DNA of 64,000 nucleotides from Massalongia carnosa (taxonomy: Eukaryota). The DNA lies in NCBI GenBank assembly GCA_965645245.1, contig OZ287075.1, positions 1,736,001 through 1,800,000 on the forward strand, read 5' to 3'. The notes below the pieces were generated by a model that ran no database searches, had not been told where the DNA came from, and saw only the letters and a program-made list of their open reading frames with translations. A program made the translations under genes and the position numbers. This document shows, one piece after another, positions 59,134 to 64,000 of this stretch; position 1 is the stretch's first letter; each line of letters begins with the position of its first letter.

Positions 59134-62100
59134 CAGTAGTTTCACTTCTCTTTTCCTTCTTATCTCACAAGGCGTCATAGTTCTCACATGATTTTCGCTC
59201 TGCGTCTCCTGTCCGACGTCGACCCGGTGTCACATCGGACAGGTATCAAGCGATATGGTTTTTACACCTGAAAAAGGTTTTCCATGTAACATAACTTAGA
59301 TAGCTTTGCCCGCATGGGCCGGCCTACGGCCGGTGACATATCGGAGTATGAATACATCATCATTATCATAAGCTCCTTTACCCTTATTTCGGCTTTTCCT
59401 CCAACTCATAAAATCAAGTTAGTATACATTTATTCTAGTGAAATTAAAGGGCGTAGATTTTACACTTATTAGGAATAACCTTGTGCCTTTATTTTCCTTT
59501 CGCGGTTTCCTTTAAAAGATTATAGCATCCCTATAGCTCTTGGGCACAGTGAATCCTGATTATAGCCACTCATACCGTCTGATCAGCAGAAGATTCATAT
59601 TCTTCCAACTCCTCCCACACCATCCCCTTTCCCTCTCATCAAGTTTGCGATGCCCTTGATCAAAGATGCAAACCTCCGATGGCGACTTCATTTCTTTTTC
59701 CTTTTCTACAAAATAAAATATCAGCAACCACCGTAGACATAAAATATCCCGTTCATCTCTCTTCATAGATGTTTTTCGTGGATTCTAACCAAATAGGCGC
59801 AAGACGGGCAATATTCTTTGTAGAATTTTCTCTGAAAATAAAAACTAGGAAAGAACCGTTTTGTCATACTCGACTTGAAATGTCAAGCAAAAGCTTTCTC
59901 GCATACAGCCGACTATTTCATCATTAAATCCAGTAATTGTTCTGCGACATCGGGCGGTCAGTACCTCTGCAAGGAATAAGTGAAATGTTATACATATTAT
60001 GTTTTACAGGGGTTGAGAATACTCGGTCGTTTATCAATTGTAACGATATTCAGGGGTCAAAATCGTTGTAACCAGATTTTATAGTCGTCCGCTCAACTAA
60101 ATGAGAAGAGAACCTCAATTGAGATTAGCATGGAGAGTCATCTTGATCTAGCCTCGTTTTTTTTCTCGAGTGTTTAGACATGAGTTACTATTCGTGAACT
60201 ACTACTTGCAGTGTTTCTCATAAGAAGAAATGTGATTTATATTCTTTGCAACTCTTTGCAACTGCTACTTGATCATGAAGCTTAACTTCGACTTTCTCCC
60301 TTCACTTTTCGAAGTTTATCACAACGATGGACTGCAAAAGACGGTGTTTTTACTCAGCCATAGGCCAATAACAAGTTGATATAAAAACATGTCATCAATA
60401 TCTAGTCTCTTCTAGGGTGATCGTTCTCTCCCTATTCAACTATCTGTCTCTCTGTCCTCATTTGTAAAAGGGTACTCAACAAAATCAAAACATTAGGCGG
60501 CTGTTTGTAATATCTGGAGATCGCTTGGAAATCGTTAAACTCAGCCGGATTTTGAGTAGGCCAAAGAACTAAAAGCCACGATAAATGAGGATTCCGTCTG
60601 TCAATCAGTTTAGCAACGTTTCACTTCTATATTAGCACACGGGGAAAGCGGAAAAGCTGGGAGGATACGACTTATAATTACATAGTAATGTTTCTTGGAT
60701 GTTTCAACACGCGAATCTTTCCATCTCGCTCCGCACCTTATCAAAGCAATTTGGATAACTCGCATGGAGTTAAAGATCCGCGGATTGCCTTAGGTAAAGC
60801 CTACGCTTTTGAAAAACAATATCAATTCTACAAAAGCGTCAAACCTGTTGTTGTACGATACGCACCCGTCCCCTTTATTCGGCCAGTGAATATTCAATGG
60901 GCCATTCAAGCCAAATAGCTTTTTCACAACTTGTCACAAGCTTTAGCCGTTCATTATTGCTACCTGACAAATCGCAGATATCAACCATTCAAGAAACTAA
61001 AAGATAATATGAGAATCTCCGAGTTAGCCGCTGGAATTGCTTTGCTGTTATTTTCTCGGCTTCTTGTGGGAGTCAAGCTGGTACGCCTCCAATGTAGAAT
61101 TCCACCAAAGGTTGTATCCACGTGAATGAGCAAGCTTTATGTCACAATAGTTGGAGAATCAGATCTGGGATGTAGGGGCCATCACTTTAGAACCAAGATT
61201 TCTTCCACCATTTCAAACGCCAGAGCGGTCAACACCCTGGTGTTTGAAGACCATACTAGTACCGAAAGGTTGGGACCTCATGTTTCATACCGATGATTGG
61301 ATTATTCGTAGTTTTCAGAATGAATGTTAGTTACTCCTAGCAGTAAAACTTCCCACCTCGAACCCACTAATACTCCTAGCAATCAGTCCTTGGGAAGGGT
61401 GATACCCTGAACTACGGCCTTTCATCCTCGCCTTATTATTCCTCCAATGGCGGAGTCAACATCAATGGCGTTATCAAAGTGGAGCACAATAAGACCTTTC
61501 CGGAGTTGTTAGGCGAACTCCCATCGTCCAGCAGCGGGGCATTTGACACAGGCCCTGAGCGACGTCGCTGTAGTTGTGGGAAGGTGTCGTCTGGCAGATT
61601 CAACGGGAACGATCTCGTTCTCTATCAGGAATTCAACGCGGGGGAAATTTTAAAGGGGTCTTCGAGTTTTGATCTTGGTTTCTAAAATTTCGCTTTATGC
61701 CACTCCGTCAAGCACCACGTACGTCCAGCTATTTTCATATTTCTAAATGCTTTCTATCTCTCACGTCGTGAACCTTAAAAGCACGACCAGGGGACGCCCA
61801 GGATAAGATAATGTGGTAGTAAAATCAAGTCATAACTTTCTCTACCCATATCCTATTCCACTCACTTTATTTTCTAGAGCTATCTTTCTATATAGTATCT
61901 CCAAGGCTCCTCACCTACACACCCATGCACCTTTTCCTCATTATTTCCTCTGCTCTCTTTGCTCCCCTTCATCCATCCATCCATCCATCCACCTATCATC
62001 CTCCCCCCCCTTTTTTTGTACTTTTTTTTTCTGGTTCTTCCTCTTCCCACTTCCTATCCTGCCGCATCTTTCCCCCCCTTTTCCGAAATCTCGCTTCCCT

Positions 62101-62781
62101 TTCTCCTTCTCCCAAGTTGTTTGACCAGTTAACTAGTCCATCACGCGTTTCTGAGAGGTTTCCTTCTTTCAATTCTATCTATATACATACATACAAACAC
62201 GCAACGGACCAACTTAAACTCACCATCCACTCATTCGTTTTTCTCTTGGGGTGGTGTGTTTGCCAGTAGTAAATCTTTGTTTAATATTAGGCGGGTTATC
62301 GGACTCTTTAGCGAAATAGAGTAAGGAAATAACAAGGAAACTAAGAAGAAAATACTCTCATAAAAGCGACTTCACTCCCCATATCTTCCCCTCCCCCTTC
62401 CCCCCCACCCATATCAACCTCCCCTAACCCTAGTACTTGTACCTTAGGAACGAATACTGAGTTGAACGAGGTAGGATGAGTCGTGGAGGAAAGAAAGTGA
62501 TGGAGGGAGAGATGCAAAAGAGAGAGAGAGAGAGAGAAAGAGAAATTATCCCGAAATTAGAAAGGATTGGGTGGTTGAATGAAGGGAAATTGGCAGGGAA
62601 GGCACGTGAAACCGGGAGGGAATGAACGATCCAGTAACTAACCAGGATAGGAAGATGGAATGGAATGGGGGAGGAAATCGACAAAAAGGGAAATCCTTCA
62701 GTTATTTTTTGAGAGTTGCCGTAGCATCGCGCCCCTTGAAATAATTAATATACCTATTCAATGATATGTATATATATGTGA

Positions 62782-63661
62782 CAACGCATCTCCGCTTTCT
62801 GTGAGAAGATCAAGCGCAAGCTGACTGCCTCGCGCGGTAGACGACGGCGCGCCCTCAACGCTACGCCGGCTCAGCGTAAGCGTGACTGGTATACGAGGCA
62901 GATTGCTCGAGTCCGGCCTGCTGACATGATAGAGGACACTCCGACGGACAGAGGGCTAGCCAAGATCTTCAACAATCAGTGGAAACAGACCTGGAGCGCG
63001 TATCAGGCGGCTCATCAGCGTCATCCCTGCGCTGCGCTTACTGAGGATCTTTCGATAAAGAGACTGGGATTACATAAGAACTTCAGCAAATCCGAAAGCA
63101 GCCTCATCATTCAAATGCGTACTGAGCGTATTGGCTTGGCGGATTATCTCTTCTCTCGTCGAGTTCCCACGTTCGCTTCGCCGGCGTGTAGCTGTGGATG
63201 GGCACGCCAGACGCTCAAGCATGTGCTACTCAGCTGCCCCAGGTTTGTTAACGGCCGAAGCAACATGTGCAGAGACGCCGGAACGACGGATTATCGCCGC
63301 CTTCTGACCACCGAAAAGGGCTTACGAGCCTCCGCTCGCTGGCTTATGCGGACTAATCTACTGACACAGTTTTCGCTAGCTGTAGAGTGTCTTTCTTCCT
63401 CCCCCTGACTGTCGCGTAGTGATAGTCACAAACTCTAGTTATAACAGAGGCAGAAGGTAGTCTCTTGATACACATGTGTGTCGTAGACGTGGCGCTGGCG
63501 AAACGTAGCATTCGCGAAGTGAGGTCGAGCGATCACGTGTAGGTATACAGATGAAGGTTTTTTTCCCCTCGATGAGGGTTTTCCTTCTTTGAAACTTTGA
63601 TAGCTTTTCTCGCATGGGTCGGCTGTAGCTGATGTCACAACGAGTATGAATTTAATAATAA
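62782..63661 (+). mobile_element. 5'-truncated, more divergent Tad1-like LINE ('D')
   Basis: 13-bp TSD TATATATATGTGA (62769-62781 and 63662-63674). ORF 62926-63408 has QMRTERIGL, CSCG..TLKHVLLSC and LLTQFSLA; variant tail with (AAT)n. Confidence 0.9.
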
Positions 63662-64000
63662 TATATATATGTGAATTATGTACGTCCCGAATCTAGGATT
63701 GGTAAATTATCGTCTTTGATCAAGAAAGGGAATAAGTAAAGCCGCTTTAGATGGAGCACCGAGGGATGAGGAGCCTGAAATAGCTGCGTGGAGCTGGCCT
63801 CAATTGGCTACCTACCTAGTACGGTATTTCTTTCCTCAACAACGGCCTTCTCTATTTCCCTAACAAGTCGACCAGGTAAATTATATGCTATAGGATAGTA
63901 AAATTTACTAGGCGATTTTACTATCCTAACTCGCGGGTGACAAAATTCTGCAAATGAAAAACAATCCTTTGATCGAGATCCTCTTTTTACGCTAATGACA

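Larger units (their letters stand above)
47693..59367 (+). mobile_element. Outer Tad1-like LINE ('C'): 5' head 47693-47754, body 54208-59367
   Basis: 11-bp TSD ATAAGCTCCTT (47682-47692 and 59368-59378); ORF1, ORF2, tail and (CAT)n. Confidence 0.92.

Noticed and set aside
1..64000. Starship captain, Fanzor/TnpB, Helitron, tRNA/rRNA or biosynthetic cluster
   Set aside because: I recognised no tyrosine-recombinase, RuvC, Rep/helicase, structural RNA or PKS/NRPS motifs by eye. An HMM or Infernal scan would be needed to exclude degenerate copies.

Overview
Fungal (filamentous ascomycete, Pezizomycotina-type) genomic DNA, judged from GT-AG introns with CTAAC/CTAAT branch sites and fungal TE families. 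Host genes are sparse: a Whi3/Scw1-type RRM protein, a CCDC97-like gene with a divergent unannotated two-exon partner, a C2H2 + Est1/SMG6-domain gene, and two or three small secreted-protein genes or pseudogenes. They are separated by deep transposon nests that could be resolved by their TIRs and target-site duplications (TSDs). Nest 1 (15-28 kb): LINE remnant, Tc1, piggyBac, a full-length Ty3 chromovirus, a pogo element and solo LTRs. Nest 2 (31.5-39.3 kb): Fot1-like, two Tc1, solo LTRs and a possible Harbinger shell. Nest 3 (47.7-59.4 kb): three Tad1-like LINEs nested one inside another. I found no clearly new multi-gene system. The most unusual signals are a structured 3' RNA tail shared by seven LINE ends, an antisense ORF2 fragment from a different LINE captured in a LINE 5' end, a 399-bp TSD-less insertion with 8-bp inverted termini, a piggyBac end at ATAT instead of TTAA, and an in-frame uORF whose UAG abuts the whi3 AUG. 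All coordinates were read by eye; no database searches were run.
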